Shown: positions 49,463 through 61,462 of the stretch, piece after piece
Position numbering within the stretch: position 1 is the stretch's first letter
How the letters are laid out: every line of letters begins with the position of its first letter
Origin: Candidatus Humimicrobiaceae bacterium
Lineage (GTDB): Bacteria > Actinomycetota > Humimicrobiia > Humimicrobiales > Humimicrobiaceae
DNA: 64,000 bases
Direction of reading: 5' to 3'
Assembly (NCBI GenBank): GCA_036514895.1
Contig: DATBWH010000051.1
Coordinates: forward strand, 122 to 64,121
Translations under genes and position numbers: made by a program
Notes under the pieces: generated by a model
What the model saw: only the letters and a program-made list of their open reading frames with translations
Database searches by the model: none
Told to the model about the DNA's origin: nothing

Positions 49463-50965
49463 TCATTTTTCATATAGCTTCAGATGAAGCACTTCTCTTG
49501 TTTCTCCGGTTATTTTTACCCGTTCATCGATCCTGTATTTACCGACCCATATTATTTTTTCACTATCCGCAAATACAGGAATTGATTTTCTTAAATGTAT
49601 TGGAATTTTATTATCGATAAAAAAATCCTGAAGCTTTTTCTCGCCTTTCATACCCTGAGGATAGAATTTATCCCCATCTTTCCAATTTCTTACTTTTATC
49701 GGAGTCTTTATTCTGGCATAATCAAGAAAAGCTTCTGTCTTTTTGGCTTTATTGAAATCTATTTTATCCTTATTTAGTTCCAATACTTCCGATGACAACT
49801 CGAGATTAAAATCTTTTATCTTCATTCTGGTACCGACTTTTATTTCTTTTCCCTTCTTCCTTTTATCTATCTTTTTTTCATCTGCTTTAAGAAATTGTTT
49901 GAATTCATCCGATAAGAGTCCTGTGTGGGAAGTATTAGCAAAATAAATATAATCTCCTATTTTAAAAACTCTTATCTTTTCTCCTATCTGTATAATTTTA
50001 CTTTCTCCTCCCGAAATGCATATTCCCAGAGTATCATCTACGTTATCAAAACTTATATCTTCAAGACTACCGTTTACTATCTCTATTGCCGATAAAATAA
50101 TTCTTCTCCGGATAGCTATAGCTTCTTTTTGGATCTCTGATACCGGAATTTTTACTGGTCCGATATATTTCCCGGATCTGTTTCTATTAAGCGAAGCCAT
50201 TCCGGTCATCCTGGCTGCCGAGTAATCCTTTAAAAAATCATCTTCATCCTTCAATATGCTCAGGGATCTCAATATATTGGATTTGAAGGAAATCCGGAAG
50301 TGCTTACTCATAAACGGTATAAGAAGATTTCTTATTCTGTTTCTGAAGTAAATATTCTCAAGATTGGTTTTATCCAGACAATAAGATATTTTCTTATCCT
50401 CCAGGTAAGAAATAATATCTTTTCTGAAAATATCGATAAGGGGTCTTATAAATTTTCCGTTTACCGGTCTAATACCGGTAAGCCCTCTTGTTCCCGTACC
50501 TCTCAGGAGGTTCATAAAAAAAGTTTCTATATTATCATCTGCGTTATGACCCGTGGCAATCTTTCCGATATTTTTTTTGTCAGAGATTTCGAGCAGTTTT
50601 TCAATTCTGAGATTCCTTGCTCCTTCCTGGAAAGAGAGTTTATGATATTTGCACCACCGTGCTGCATCCATTTTTTGTTTAAACAGTTCTATATTCAATT
50701 TTTTATATAATCTTTCTACAAATAAAGCATCACTCGCCGATTCACCATTCCTTGTCATATGATCCAGAGTGTAGCCAAAAAGGTTTAAATCTAAAAACGG
50801 ACGCATAAGATATAACAAATGAGTCAAAAATACAGAATCGGGTCCACCGGAGACAGAAATCAATATACTATCGCCTTTTTTTATCATGTCATAAGTTTCG
50901 ATAGTTTTTAGTGTTCTGGAAATAGCCCTGTCTCTGGCAAATTGGGAGTTATATAATTCTTTCAT
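49463..50965 (-). CDS. tilS: tRNA(Ile)-lysidine synthetase
   Basis: The PP-loop SVSGGPDS near the N-terminus. Length 500 aa. Confidence 0.85.
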   Translation of the reverse strand: MKELYNSQFARDRAISRTLKTIETYDMIKKGDSILISVSGGPDSVFLTHLLYLMRPFLDLNLFGYTLDHMTRNGESASDALFVERLYKKLNIELFKQKMDAARWCKYHKLSFQEGARNLRIEKLLEISDKKNIGKIATGHNADDNIETFFMNLLRGTGTRGLTGIRPVNGKFIRPLIDIFRKDIISYLEDKKISYCLDKTNLENIYFRNRIRNLLIPFMSKHFRISFKSNILRSLSILKDEDDFLKDYSAARMTGMASLNRNRSGKYIGPVKIPVSEIQKEAIAIRRRIILSAIEIVNGSLEDISFDNVDDTLGICISGGESKIIQIGEKIRVFKIGDYIYFANTSHTGLLSDEFKQFLKADEKKIDKRKKGKEIKVGTRMKIKDFNLELSSEVLELNKDKIDFNKAKKTEAFLDYARIKTPIKVRNWKDGDKFYPQGMKGEKKLQDFFIDNKIPIHLRKSIPVFADSEKIIWVGKYRIDERVKITGETREVLHLKLYEK

Positions 50966-50989
50966 TTGAGTACCGAAACGCTTCTAAAA

Positions 50990-51778
50990 TTAATCTTGAT
51001 GACTCACAAAATTTAACCTGGTTATACTTCTTGCGTTGCCATTTCTTTCGTCTATATCGATAATAACCGCATTGATCAGATAATCGTCTTCAGCCACTGT
51101 AAATTTCTGCGGCATGAGCTTCAAGAATCTTTCAATTATATTTTCTTTCTTCACCCCAATAACCGAATCTCTCGGCCCGACCATTCCGACATCTGTGATA
51201 TATGCGGTGCCTCCTGGGAGGATTCTTTCATCGGCTGTCTGGACATGCGTGTGAGTACCAACCAGCGCACTTACTCTGCCGTCGAGATACCATCCCATTG
51301 CGACTTTCTCGGAAGTAACCTCGGCATGAATATCCACTACAATTATCGGGGTCTCTTTTTTTATGTGTTCCAGAATTTTATCCATGCATCTGAACGGGCA
51401 ATCCAGATATTCTACGAATACCCTGCCGCAAATATTTACCACAGCTATTTTGTTGTTTCTTTTATCGGACATAATATAATATCCGTTTCCGGGGGTCCCC
51501 GGCGGGTAATTTGCCGGTTTTAAAAGCCGCGGCTGCTCTTCGAGATAATCATATATCTCTTTTTTCTTATATATATGATTTCCCGATGTCAGGACATCTA
51601 TCCCCATGTTCAGCAACGTCTTACAGATCTCCGGAGTGATCCCTATTCCTCCAGCCGCATTTTCTCCATTGGCGACAACGATATCGATACTATTTTCCTT
51701 TACTATTACCGGCAGCTCTTTTTTCAATGCATCCCTTCCCGGTTTCCCAAAAATATCTCCTAAAAATAATACTTTCAA
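50990..51778 (-). CDS. YmdB-like metallophosphoesterase (2',3'-cyclic nucleotide phosphodiesterase family)
   Basis: MKVLFLGDIFGKPGR...VVANGENAAGG...GNH is the characteristic calcineurin-like YmdB signature. Confidence 0.85.
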   Translation of the reverse strand: MKVLFLGDIFGKPGRDALKKELPVIVKENSIDIVVANGENAAGGIGITPEICKTLLNMGIDVLTSGNHIYKKKEIYDYLEEQPRLLKPANYPPGTPGNGYYIMSDKRNNKIAVVNICGRVFVEYLDCPFRCMDKILEHIKKETPIIVVDIHAEVTSEKVAMGWYLDGRVSALVGTHTHVQTADERILPGGTAYITDVGMVGPRDSVIGVKKENIIERFLKLMPQKFTVAEDDYLINAVIIDIDERNGNARSITRLNFVSHQD

Positions 51779-51807
51779 CTTATACCTTTCTTATTTTGAT
51801 TTTTAAA

Positions 51808-52329
51808 TTATATCTTAATATTTGACTCCAAATCATAGTCTTTCTGGTTCCAAAATACTATTTTCCAGCTTTCCTCTTCTTCTCTTAAAAGAGATACCTC
51901 TACATCTTTAAATACTTTTTCTTCCCCATCATAAGAATCGGTTATATCCATCCCCACTACAGCAAGATTGCTTTTGATATCGACCCATTTTATATCTATG
52001 GAAACAATATCAGTCACATCTTTAAACTCATCGGAAAAATCTTCAGGACCACCCATGGATCTATCTTTGCTGCTTAAATATTCATATGCCTTTTCATACT
52101 CTTTGTCTATCAGTAAATCAAAAAATGTATTCACGATTTCAGTTACTTCCTCAATTTCTTCGTCAGCTGAAAACTTATCAATAAAAAAGCTTTTTACGTT
52201 TGAAAAAAAGGTACATCCTGAGAAATTAAAGAATAAAAAAATAGCCAGAATAATTACTAAAATTCTTACGGTCAGTATTTTATTTTTATATATCTTGAGA
52301 AAATTAATTTGCATTATAAAGACCTTCAA
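51808..52329 (-). CDS. Putative lipoprotein
   Basis: A signal peptide with the lipobox FSGC and an acidic mature part. Confidence 0.45.
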   Translation of the reverse strand: MKVFIMQINFLKIYKNKILTVRILVIILAIFLFFNFSGCTFFSNVKSFFIDKFSADEEIEEVTEIVNTFFDLLIDKEYEKAYEYLSSKDRSMGGPEDFSDEFKDVTDIVSIDIKWVDIKSNLAVVGMDITDSYDGEEKVFKDVEVSLLREEEESWKIVFWNQKDYDLESNIKI

Positions 52330-52523
52330 AAATCCATTTTTATTTATAATCCTTAAAATATCTGGAATTTAGCAATATTTACCAAATTTTTTCAAAACAC
52401 ATTTAAATTATAATTTAAAATCAACATTAATAAAAATATGCCCATATATAAAATAGTTGCTTTGTTATTATTTGTAGATTGTTAAGGATAAAATAAAAAT
52501 TGTAGCTTGCGGTTCTTAAATTT

Positions 52524-52600
<77 letters not shown>

Positions 52601-52713
52601 TCCGAGCGATATTATAAAATCACTGAGTGACTTTCTTAACCGCAAAGACCTATTATAATGATTTTTATTTTTTTTACAAACAGCATGCAGTGGATTTGTT
52701 TAATTGATTTGAT

Positions 52714-54018
52714 TTAGAAAAACCCGGTAATATATTTGATATAGATCCCAATATTGGTAATGATAAGAGAAATCATAGTAGCCGGTACCGCAAGTTTCAG
52801 CCACTTCTTCCATCCTATCGATTGACCTCTTTTTTCCATTGTGGTATATGCCACGACATTTGCCGAAGCTCCAATCGGTGTAAAATTACCACCTATATCA
52901 AGGCCCAGCGAGGTTGCCCAGACCATAATCGATAATGCGGGCACACCTACAAATTTGATTATACCCTGCAGTATATACGCCATTGAAAGAGCAAACGGTA
53001 CATTATCGATGACCCCGCTGGCAAAACCAGAACCCCAGACAAGCGTACTTAGAAGACCAATATTGTTTCCCTTGAAAAGATTGGTAATATAACCTGCAGC
53101 TATTTCTATCACTCCTGTATATTCCAATGCGCCTACTACCATGAATAATCCCATAAAAAATAATAATACTTCATAATCTACCTTCAACAGGATTTTCTCT
53201 GCTCTCTTTCCCAGAACAGCCAGCATAAAAAAAGCAGGTATCATAGCAGCAAGGGGGACCTTAAGCGGAATGTGAAGATATTCCTCAATATAAGGATGGG
53301 TAATCAAAAAGAAAATCGCCGTTCCAAAAGCAGTCAGGGCTATCTTAAGCTGCTTTTTGTCTTCAATCGCTCCGGCCGGATCCATCTCTTTTAATTCTTC
53401 CCTGCGTATTTCCCCGGAAGAAACAATCGATTTGCGGCTCACAAGATAACAGTACAGAAGAGCACCTGCCCCCGCAACTATGGAAATAGGTGCGTTATGA
53501 ATCAAAAAATCATTAAAATAAAAACCAAGTTTAAGACCCAGGATTACGTTAGGAGGATCACCGACCATAGTCGCTGCCCCTCCGATATTAGCCATGATCA
53601 CTTCAGTGATTATTATAGGAGTTGCATCTATCTTCAAAATTTTACAAATCTCATAGGTCAGAGTAGCAAAAAAAAGCATTACGGTAACGCTATCCATAAA
53701 GGCAGAAAGCAGGGCTGTTATAATCGGGAAAAAGATAAATATCTTCCTGGGAGAATAATTTAACCATCTGGCAAGTATAAGGGCTAAGAATGTAAAAAAA
53801 CCCGCATCCGATAAGGCCGCTACTATGATGAACATACCAAACAGCAGCCCTATGGTTTCCCAGTTGATGAAGCCTACAGCATCATTTATACCGAAAACAC
53901 CAAATACAATTAAAAGTAAAGCCCCTACAAATGCGACTACGGTTCTATTTACTTTTTCTGTCGCAATAACTACATAAGTCAGTATAAAAATTATCACGGA
54001 AACAATAGTCGGGTTCAT
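52714..54018 (-). CDS. ArsB/NhaD-superfamily permease (anion/citrate-transporter-like)
   Basis: A 434-aa protein with about 11-12 TM segments and a duplicated architecture typical of the ArsB_NhaD permease fold. Confidence 0.7.
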   Translation of the reverse strand: MNPTIVSVIIFILTYVVIATEKVNRTVVAFVGALLLIVFGVFGINDAVGFINWETIGLLFGMFIIVAALSDAGFFTFLALILARWLNYSPRKIFIFFPIITALLSAFMDSVTVMLFFATLTYEICKILKIDATPIIITEVIMANIGGAATMVGDPPNVILGLKLGFYFNDFLIHNAPISIVAGAGALLYCYLVSRKSIVSSGEIRREELKEMDPAGAIEDKKQLKIALTAFGTAIFFLITHPYIEEYLHIPLKVPLAAMIPAFFMLAVLGKRAEKILLKVDYEVLLFFMGLFMVVGALEYTGVIEIAAGYITNLFKGNNIGLLSTLVWGSGFASGVIDNVPFALSMAYILQGIIKFVGVPALSIMVWATSLGLDIGGNFTPIGASANVVAYTTMEKRGQSIGWKKWLKLAVPATMISLIITNIGIYIKYITGFF

Positions 54019-54175
54019 TCTTTTCCCTTACATTACCATTTTTAATTAACTAAAAATCAGTAAAATCCTACCACCTTAATTTTAAAAAAACAAACTCCGT
54101 TAAAAAGTATTTAAGACTATAGGTTCTTTGATAAAGCATGCCATTAAAGTGGAGGGATTTTTATCGTTTTTATAT

Positions 54176-55096
54176 CTATATCTCTATTATTAGAATACGG
54201 TCCTTTTGGTTATGATCCTTGTCTATCACAATTGTCTTTGGATCTACGATATCTTCTGACATTTTTTTCAGTGAGACACTTTTTTCCGGATCGGTTTCAA
54301 ATAAAATAAAACAACCTTCAGGAGACAAGTAGGGCTTTATTTCGGAAAGGATCTTTTCATATACCTCGAGACCGGTCTCCCCTGCCAGGAGAGCGGATTT
54401 TGGTTCATATTCTTTTATTTCCCGTGGAAGGTTTTTATAATCCTCTTCGGAAATATAGGGAGGGTTGGAAAGTACAAGATTTATTTTTTTTTCATATCGT
54501 TTAAAAAAATCAGTATCTGCCCCCGGCACAAGGTCGCATTCTAAAAATTCCATATTTTTGAATTTGGAGCTATCAAGAATATTTTTTGCATTTTCTCCTG
54601 CTATCTCCAGTATCTCAGGACTGTTATCGGTCGCCATAACCTGCCATGATGTATCCGGTATATTCAGTTCAGCAGAAATTTCATAAGCAATGCTTATGGA
54701 AATGGCACCGCTTCCTGTTCCTATCTCTAAAATATTGATTTTTTCCATAAGTGGATTATTTTTTAAAAGCTGAAATGCTTTCTCTACGATAAGTTCTGTT
54801 TCTGGTCTGGGTATCAACACTCTTGAATCCACATACAATCTTATTTTCCTGAAATATGCTTCTTTTAAGATGTATTGAATAGGAACATGCTGCAGTCTCT
54901 TAAGAATATATTTTTTGTATAAGGCAAGTTCCTGTTTATTGAGAACACGGCTGTAATTTAAATATAAGTTTATTCTGCTAAGTTTAAGAACTGAACTGAG
55001 AAGCAGTTCTGCAGATAACCTTGGGTGAGGAATTTCTTTGCTTTTGAAATAATTTATAGCCCAGTCTAAAATACTTTTTACATTCCATATTTGCAA
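54176..55096 (-). CDS. prmC: Release factor glutamine N5-methyltransferase
   Basis: The SAM motif ILEIGTGSGAI and the catalytic NPPY (LVLSNPPYI). It lies directly downstream of prfA. Confidence 0.9.
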   Translation of the reverse strand: MQIWNVKSILDWAINYFKSKEIPHPRLSAELLLSSVLKLSRINLYLNYSRVLNKQELALYKKYILKRLQHVPIQYILKEAYFRKIRLYVDSRVLIPRPETELIVEKAFQLLKNNPLMEKINILEIGTGSGAISISIAYEISAELNIPDTSWQVMATDNSPEILEIAGENAKNILDSSKFKNMEFLECDLVPGADTDFFKRYEKKINLVLSNPPYISEEDYKNLPREIKEYEPKSALLAGETGLEVYEKILSEIKPYLSPEGCFILFETDPEKSVSLKKMSEDIVDPKTIVIDKDHNQKDRILIIEI

Positions 55097-55100
55097 GAAC

Positions 55101-56180
55101 CTAGGCCCCTATCTTTTCCATTTTCTTTTCGTTATCGGTACTTTTTAAAGGATCTGTTAGTTGATCCAGATCGCCTTCCAGTATTTCATCAAGCTTATAC
55201 AGCGTAAGATTTATCCGGTGGTCTGTTACTCTGCCCTGAGGATAATTATATGTTCTTATCCTCTCGCTTCTATCCCCGGTCCCTATCTGAAGCCTTCTTT
55301 TTTCCGTTTGCTCGCTCATCTGCTTTTCTTCTTCGGCTTCTTTAAGTCTTGCCCTCAGGATCTTTAGAGCTTTTTCTTTGTTTTGCAGCTGCGATTTTTC
55401 ATCCTGACAAGTCACTACCATACCGGTAGAAATGTGAGTAATCCTTACCGCCGAGTCCGTAGTGTTTACCGATTGTCCTCCGGGGCCGCTTGAACGAAAT
55501 ACATCTATTCTTAAGTCAGATGACTCTATTTTAATATCCACTTCCTCGGCCTGCGGGAGCACGGCCACGGTAGCCGTTGATGTGTGTATTCTTCCCTGGG
55601 ATTCGGTAGCCGGAACCCTCTGGACCCTGTGAACTCCGGATTCATACTTCATGGTCCCGTAAGCTCCTTCTCCCTCTATCTCGAATATGATTTCTTTAAA
55701 ACCTCCGATACCAAGCCCACTGGAACTCAGGACAGAATACTTCCATTTTCGACTCTCTGCATATCTCGTATATAACCTATAGAGGACTTCCGCAAATAAC
55801 GCTGCTTCATCTCCTCCCGCACCTGCTCTTATTTCGACTATGACATTTTTTTTATCATTGGGATCTTTAGGGGTCAGAAGCGATTTGATTTTTTTCTCAA
55901 GTTTTTGCTTTTTATCACTGTTTTCCTTAAGTTCATCCCGAAGAAAACTCTTCATCTCCTCTTCTTTCTCTGCCTCAAACATTTCTTCTGCCTCTTTGAT
56001 AGAAGAAAGGACTTCCCTGTATTTACCTGCAATATTTACGAGTTCTTCAATTTCTGATATCTTCTTTCCATATTCTCTCAGTTTTTCAGGATTATTGGAG
56101 ATTTCGGGATTTGAAAGCTTTTCGGTAAGTTTTTTATAGTTGTCCTCGTATAATTTTAATTTATCCAGTATTGTTGACAT
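55101..56180 (-). CDS. prfA: Peptide chain release factor 1
   Basis: The GGQ motif ([19 protein letters not shown]) and the RF1 PxT region. Confidence 0.95.
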   Translation of the reverse strand: MSTILDKLKLYEDNYKKLTEKLSNPEISNNPEKLREYGKKISEIEELVNIAGKYREVLSSIKEAEEMFEAEKEEEMKSFLRDELKENSDKKQKLEKKIKSLLTPKDPNDKKNVIVEIRAGAGGDEAALFAEVLYRLYTRYAESRKWKYSVLSSSGLGIGGFKEIIFEIEGEGAYGTMKYESGVHRVQRVPATESQGRIHTSTATVAVLPQAEEVDIKIESSDLRIDVFRSSGPGGQSVNTTDSAVRITHISTGMVVTCQDEKSQLQNKEKALKILRARLKEAEEEKQMSEQTEKRRLQIGTGDRSERIRTYNYPQGRVTDHRINLTLYKLDEILEGDLDQLTDPLKSTDNEKKMEKIGA

Positions 56181-56182
56181 GT

Positions 56183-57103
56183 TTAACCTTTTTCTAATGC
56201 TTTTTCGGCTTCCATGACTTTTTTAAATGAGCTTATTGCCACTTCTATTTGAGCGATATCAGGTTCTCTTGTAGTGATTTTTTGGAGTAAGAGTCCGGGA
56301 TAAAAAAGTATATTGATTATTCTATTCTTGCTGAATTTACCAGCAAGCTTTATAAGTTCATATGAAATACCTGCGATTGCCGGTATTAAAAGTATCCTTG
56401 AAATTATCCGCCATATTATTGGTTGTTTACCCAAAAAAGCAAATACAATTATGGCTACTATCATAACAATAAATAAAAAGCTCGTTCCGCATCTTATATG
56501 TATTGTGCTGTACTTTTTGACTTTTTCAGGTTTCAATTCTTCATTATTTTCATAAGCCTGGATGGTCTTATGTTCCGCACCATGATATTGGAAGATCCTT
56601 TTTATGTCCCTTAGCTGTGATACTGCAAGGATATATATCAAAAAAATTCCAATCCTGATGAGGCCTTCTATAACATTATAGGCTATTATATTTGAAAAAA
56701 ACCCGGAAAATGTTCTGCCTATTATCGTCGGAAGCACAAAAAAAACACCTACTGAAAATACCACTGCAATTATTATTGATATGGTCATTTCTTTTCTGGA
56801 GAACTTTATCTCTGACCCCGTGGCTTCATTAACCGAATAACTTATAGCTTTGAAACCCAGGGCCATACTTTCAATAAGGACCATTATTCCCCGAATAAAA
56901 ACAAATCCGAATACTTTATGTTTACGGGTCAGGGAATTATCTTTAAAAAGCATCGTTGATATGGTCTTATCAGGTCTTCTTACTGCAACAGCCCAGAAGT
57001 GTCGGCTGCGCATCATGACACCTTCGAATACTGCCTGTCCGCCTACCTGATACTTCTCATTGGTCTCAGGCATCAAAATCACTCGCTTTGGGAGGATCCT
57101 CAC
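56183..57103 (-). CDS. DUF1385 family membrane-associated protein
   Basis: The conserved N-terminus [13 protein letters not shown] and the HGAEHK motif of DUF1385, commonly found next to prfA in Firmicutes. Confidence 0.7.
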   Translation of the reverse strand: MRILPKRVILMPETNEKYQVGGQAVFEGVMMRSRHFWAVAVRRPDKTISTMLFKDNSLTRKHKVFGFVFIRGIMVLIESMALGFKAISYSVNEATGSEIKFSRKEMTISIIIAVVFSVGVFFVLPTIIGRTFSGFFSNIIAYNVIEGLIRIGIFLIYILAVSQLRDIKRIFQYHGAEHKTIQAYENNEELKPEKVKKYSTIHIRCGTSFLFIVMIVAIIVFAFLGKQPIIWRIISRILLIPAIAGISYELIKLAGKFSKNRIINILFYPGLLLQKITTREPDIAQIEVAISSFKKVMEAEKALEKG

Positions 57104-57749
57104 ACTTGAACTTGCCTTCCTGGCAGGATCCTCTCAGACAATTCGGACCGGCTTTTTCAAAAACCAATGGAGCAACTTTCTTAACCAGCTTCAGCATTTT
57201 CGTTGCCAGTTCCCTGATCTCCCATTGTGCCCTGTTACAGCATCTAACAGTAAAGAGGTGCAGAAGTTCCCTGCCATCCATTGTCACGATTATTTTTGTC
57301 TCCGATGCATTGGGTAGTATATACCTTGCATCTTCGGCTTCTATCCCGCTGGCCAGTAACTCTTTATAGAGGCTGTGTATATCTGAAATCAAGTCTTCGA
57401 ACTTCTTTCTGGAATCTTTATCCTTTTCTATGGAAGGCGGGAGAATATATTCAAAGTTGTCCTTAAATTTTACATATCTCTGAGATTGCTGATTATATGA
57501 AGCGATCCTATGTCTGACAAGCTGGTGAGTCAAAGCTCTTGAGACACCTTCAATGGCAAAAGTAAAATTTATATGTTCTGTCGTACTGAGATGACCACTT
57601 TTTATTACGAATTTTACTAATTTCTCGACGCTTTCGTCGCTAAGTTCATTCATGAGATCATCGACACCAACAGGTGAATAACACAATCTGGCAGCAACCG
57701 CTACCGTTTTTTCGGGCTCCTGGGTGTATTTGATTAAATTCACCTTCAT
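57066..57749 (-). CDS. thyX: FAD-dependent thymidylate synthase ThyX with Cys-rich C-terminal tail
   Basis: The ThyX signature RHRIASYNQQSQRY (RHRxxSxxxxSxR). The tail is [13 protein letters not shown]. The 3' end overlaps the DUF1385 gene by 38 nt. Confidence 0.85.
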   Translation of the reverse strand: MKVNLIKYTQEPEKTVAVAARLCYSPVGVDDLMNELSDESVEKLVKFVIKSGHLSTTEHINFTFAIEGVSRALTHQLVRHRIASYNQQSQRYVKFKDNFEYILPPSIEKDKDSRKKFEDLISDIHSLYKELLASGIEAEDARYILPNASETKIIVTMDGRELLHLFTVRCCNRAQWEIRELATKMLKLVKKVAPLVFEKAGPNCLRGSCQEGKFKCEDPPKASDFDA

Positions 57750-57763
57750 AGCAGCACCCTTCT

Positions 57764-57970
57764 TTATTTTTTGGATTTTACGAGTCTCTTCTTGAATCTC
57801 TCAACTCTTCCGCCGGAATCAACCAGCTTTTGCTTTCCGGTATAAAAGGGGTGGCAATTAGAGCATATTTCAACTCTTATCTCTTTTTTTGTTGACCTGG
57901 TTTTAAAGGTGTTCCCACAGGAACAGGTAACCGTACAATCAAAATATTCCGGATGTATACCTTTTTTCAT
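57764..57970 (-). CDS. rpmE: 50S ribosomal protein L31
   Basis: MKKGIHPEY... with CxxC...CxxC zinc-ribbon cysteines. Length 68 aa. Confidence 0.9.
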   Translation of the reverse strand: MKKGIHPEYFDCTVTCSCGNTFKTRSTKKEIRVEICSNCHPFYTGKQKLVDSGGRVERFKKRLVKSKK

Positions 57971-58151
57971 ATTTAGTCAAATCCTTACTATTATTGTTTG
58001 ATATCCTTTATCTTAATTATTTCAAATCCTAAATACTAACATAAATATCACAACCCGTAAACACAGTTTCTTAAGATTATGATGCTAAAACTCTTAAAAA
58101 TCCATACAAAGATGTAGTGGCGGAATTTCTATTGGTCAGGCATGTCATGGG

Positions 58152-59606
58152 CTATAATTTTTTTTCCTTATCGAAACTGGCGTTTATAGCCTTAAGAAAA
58201 TCATTATTTGATTTCGTATTTTTTATATAGTCTATCAACTGCTCGAGTGCCACTTCGGGTTCTTTTTCATATATCAATCTTCGAAGTTTCCAGACCGTCC
58301 TGGCTTCTTCTTTATCCATTAATAATTCTTCTTTTCTGGTTCCTGACCTGGTTATATCGATTGCAGGAAAAATTCTTTTATCGGCCAGTTTCCGGTCCAG
58401 ATTGATTTCCATATTACCGGTACCTTTGAATTCCTCGAATATAACATCGTCCATTCTGCTTCCTGTTTCGATCAATGCAGTCGCAAGTATGGTGAGGCTT
58501 CCTCCGTTTTCGATATTTCTGGCTGCTCCGAAGAACCTTTTTGGCGGGAACAATGCAGAGGAATCCACTCCGCCGGACAGAACCCTGCCGCTTGCCGGGA
58601 TCGACAAATTATATGCCCTTGCGAGCCGGGTTATACTGTCAAGGAGTATCAATACATCTTTGCCATGTTCGACCAACCTCTTTGCCCGCTGAAGAACAAG
58701 TTCGGCAACCTGAATATGGTTGTCTGACGGTTGATCGAATGTTGAACTAATTACTTCTCCTTTTACCGATCTTTCCATATCGGTTACTTCTTCAGGCCTC
58801 TCATCGATCAGCAGGACTATAATATTTACTTCGGGATTATTGGTAGAAATGCTGTTGGCAAGATCCTTTAGTATGGTTGTCTTACCCGCCTTGGGAGGAG
58901 ACACGATAAGACCCCTCTGGCCTTTCCCTATAGGTGCAATCAAATCTATTATTCTCGGAGTTATGTTATCCGATTCACTGGTCTCCATCCTTAATCTGTC
59001 CATGGGATATATTGGAGTCAACTTTTCAAATGGTATTCTGCTTCTTATGAATTCCGGATCTTCTCCGTTTACTTTTTCTATTCTGAGTAATGCATTGTAT
59101 TTTTCACTTTCTTTTGGCGGCCGGACCTGACCATATACTTCATCTCCCTGTCTCAAACGGAATCTTCTAATCTGAGACTGGGAAACATATATATCATGCG
59201 ATCCGGCAAGATATCCGGTCGTCCTCAGGAAACCATAACCATCCGCCAGTATATCGAGTATACCTTTCATTCTTTCCTTATATAAGTCAAATTCCGGTTT
59301 TTTCTCGATGTCTCTCTTTCTTTTTTCACCCTTCTCTTCTTCAATCATCTCTTCTTCTATTATTTCTTCTTCGACGGGTTCTTCCTTTTTCTCTTCCAAA
59401 ACCGCAACCTCTTCCCCTGTCATGGGTTCATTCTTAAACGAAGGTTCCATACCATTATTGGGTATTTCCTCCAGTATTTTATCCACAAGTTCGTCTCTCT
59501 TTAATTTAGAAATTCCCTGAATATTTAATTGCCTGGCTATGACTCTTAAGTCAGATAAAACCTTCTTATCAAGAAATTCCCTGTTTAATTCTTCTAATTC
59601 AGCCAT
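58152..59606 (-). CDS. rho: Transcription termination factor Rho (with N-terminal insertion)
   Basis: An acidic N-terminal insertion, then an OB/RNA-binding region, Walker A ([17 protein letters not shown]) and the C-terminal ATPase domain. Confidence 0.95.
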   Translation of the reverse strand: MAELEELNREFLDKKVLSDLRVIARQLNIQGISKLKRDELVDKILEEIPNNGMEPSFKNEPMTGEEVAVLEEKKEEPVEEEIIEEEMIEEEKGEKRKRDIEKKPEFDLYKERMKGILDILADGYGFLRTTGYLAGSHDIYVSQSQIRRFRLRQGDEVYGQVRPPKESEKYNALLRIEKVNGEDPEFIRSRIPFEKLTPIYPMDRLRMETSESDNITPRIIDLIAPIGKGQRGLIVSPPKAGKTTILKDLANSISTNNPEVNIIVLLIDERPEEVTDMERSVKGEVISSTFDQPSDNHIQVAELVLQRAKRLVEHGKDVLILLDSITRLARAYNLSIPASGRVLSGGVDSSALFPPKRFFGAARNIENGGSLTILATALIETGSRMDDVIFEEFKGTGNMEINLDRKLADKRIFPAIDITRSGTRKEELLMDKEEARTVWKLRRLIYEKEPEVALEQLIDYIKNTKSNNDFLKAINASFDKEKKL

Positions 59607-60094
59607 TAATAAATGCTCCTTTCATGCTTAGGGCCTCTTCTTTATTCAAATATTTGTAACTCCTCTTAATTGTTTATTTTTATCATTCAAAAGATTTTGA
59701 TGATTTAGTATCATAATAGATTATTCCTGAACCGTTATTTTAAGGTCCTGAAATTTATTAATGATATCTTCAAACTTTCAAATATATTTTAAAAAGGATT
59801 TTTGATTTACGTTAGGACAATAGACTGCTTTTATAAATATATGCTTATAAACTAATATCTTTTGAAATTTGAGACATGATTATTTTGGAGAAACCCCTAT
59901 ACCAATGTCGTTATTAATACAAATGAAATTTTCCTTTATAATATATAGACTAAATAGGAAAAAATCAAGTAGAAATTTTTAGTATGTAGAAATACTCTTT
60001 GTCTCCTGGCAGATTAAAAGGTTAAACTTACATTCTTTTATAATGGTGGAAGGACTAAAATATTTTAGCCTTCCACCATTAAATTAGTTACTCC

Positions 60095-61462
60095 CTATAC
60101 TTTTGGAAGTTTTTCCAGGGATTCTTTTATCTTTTCTGTAGGATATTCGTAATCTTCAAGATTCCCATCCAGATAACTATCATATGCTCCAAGATCGAAA
60201 TGCCCGTGCCCGCTGAAATTAAAGGCTATGACTTTCTCTTCTCCGGTTTCCTTGCATTTCATGGCTTCATCTATAGCTGCCTTTATTGCATGTGCTGTTT
60301 CAGGAGCCGGGATGATTCCTTCTGTCCTGGCAAAGGTAACAGCTGCTTCAAACACAGGATTCTGGTGAAGTGCAATTGCCTCAATGACCTTCTCGTGGTA
60401 AAGCAAACTTACCTGGGGTGCCATGCCGTGGTATCTAAGTCCTCCCGCATGTATTCCGGCGGGAATAAAATCATGACCCAGAGTATACATTTTTGCTATA
60501 GGACCTGTTTTTGCAGTATCACCATAATCATAAGCAAATGGACCCTTGGTCAATGATGGGCAGGCAATGGGCTCAACGGCTATGATCCTGATTTTTTTGC
60601 CGCTCAATTTATCGGGTATAAATGGAAAAGCAAATCCGCCGAAGTTACTGCCGCCGCCAACACAACCGATTAATATATCGGGATATTCGCCCAGTTTTTC
60701 AAACTGCTTTTTAGTTTCAAGTCCTACAATCGATTGATGAAGGATTACATGATTCAGCACACTGCCGAGTGAATATTTTGCATCTCCGCCGCTTTTAACC
60801 GCATCTTCTACAGCTTCGCTTATAGCTATACCCAGACTTCCGGGAGAATTGGGATCCTGAGCCAGTATATTCTTACCGGCATCCGTCAAATTTGAAGGAG
60901 AAGGATGAACAGTTGCGCCCCACAGATTCATCATGCTTTTCCTGTATGGTTTTTGATCATAGCTTACCCTGACCATATAAACCGTACAACCTAATCCAAA
61001 AAGATTGCATGCGAATGCAAGTGCGCTTCCCCATTGTCCCGCACCAGTTTCGGTAGCAAGTCTTTTTACTCCTTCTTTTTTATTATAATAGGCCTGAGCC
61101 AAGGCGGTATTAGGTTTATGGCTCCCTGCAGGGCTGACGCTCTCATTTTTAAAATATATTCTGGCCGGTGTATCAAGATATTTTTCTAATCTTTCAGCTC
61201 TTACAAGAGGCGTCGGCCTCCACATTCTATAAATATTTACAAGCTCTTCAGGAATATCGATAAATCGATCCATGCTTACTTCCTGCATGATAAGTGACAT
61301 TGGAAACAAGATCGAAAGATCATCCGGTGTCAGAGGTTTACAGGTCTGCGGATGCAAAGGCGGGTCCAGAGGTTTTGGCAGATCAGGATTTATATTGTAC
61401 CATTGTCTCGGCATTTCCTTTTCTGTGAGTAATGTTTTTTTATCTTTTTCATTTTGATCCAT
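60095..61462 (-). CDS. trpB: Tryptophan synthase beta-chain paralog, TrpB2 type
   Basis: A 455-aa long-form TrpB with the PLP lysine region ([15 protein letters not shown]) and GGGSNFGG motifs. No trpA is adjacent. Confidence 0.9.
   Translation of the reverse strand: MDQNEKDKKTLLTEKEMPRQWYNINPDLPKPLDPPLHPQTCKPLTPDDLSILFPMSLIMQEVSMDRFIDIPEELVNIYRMWRPTPLVRAERLEKYLDTPARIYFKNESVSPAGSHKPNTALAQAYYNKKEGVKRLATETGAGQWGSALAFACNLFGLGCTVYMVRVSYDQKPYRKSMMNLWGATVHPSPSNLTDAGKNILAQDPNSPGSLGIAISEAVEDAVKSGGDAKYSLGSVLNHVILHQSIVGLETKKQFEKLGEYPDILIGCVGGGSNFGGFAFPFIPDKLSGKKIRIIAVEPIACPSLTKGPFAYDYGDTAKTGPIAKMYTLGHDFIPAGIHAGGLRYHGMAPQVSLLYHEKVIEAIALHQNPVFEAAVTFARTEGIIPAPETAHAIKAAIDEAMKCKETGEEKVIAFNFSGHGHFDLGAYDSYLDGNLEDYEYPTEKIKESLEKLPKV

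Noticed and set aside
60040-60086. Hairpin AATGGTGGAAGG...CCTTCCACCATT downstream of trpB2, as a terminator.
   Set aside because: It is a good 12-bp stem, but the minus-strand transcript lacks a clear U-run after it. It is kept only as a possible weak or rho-assisted termination site.
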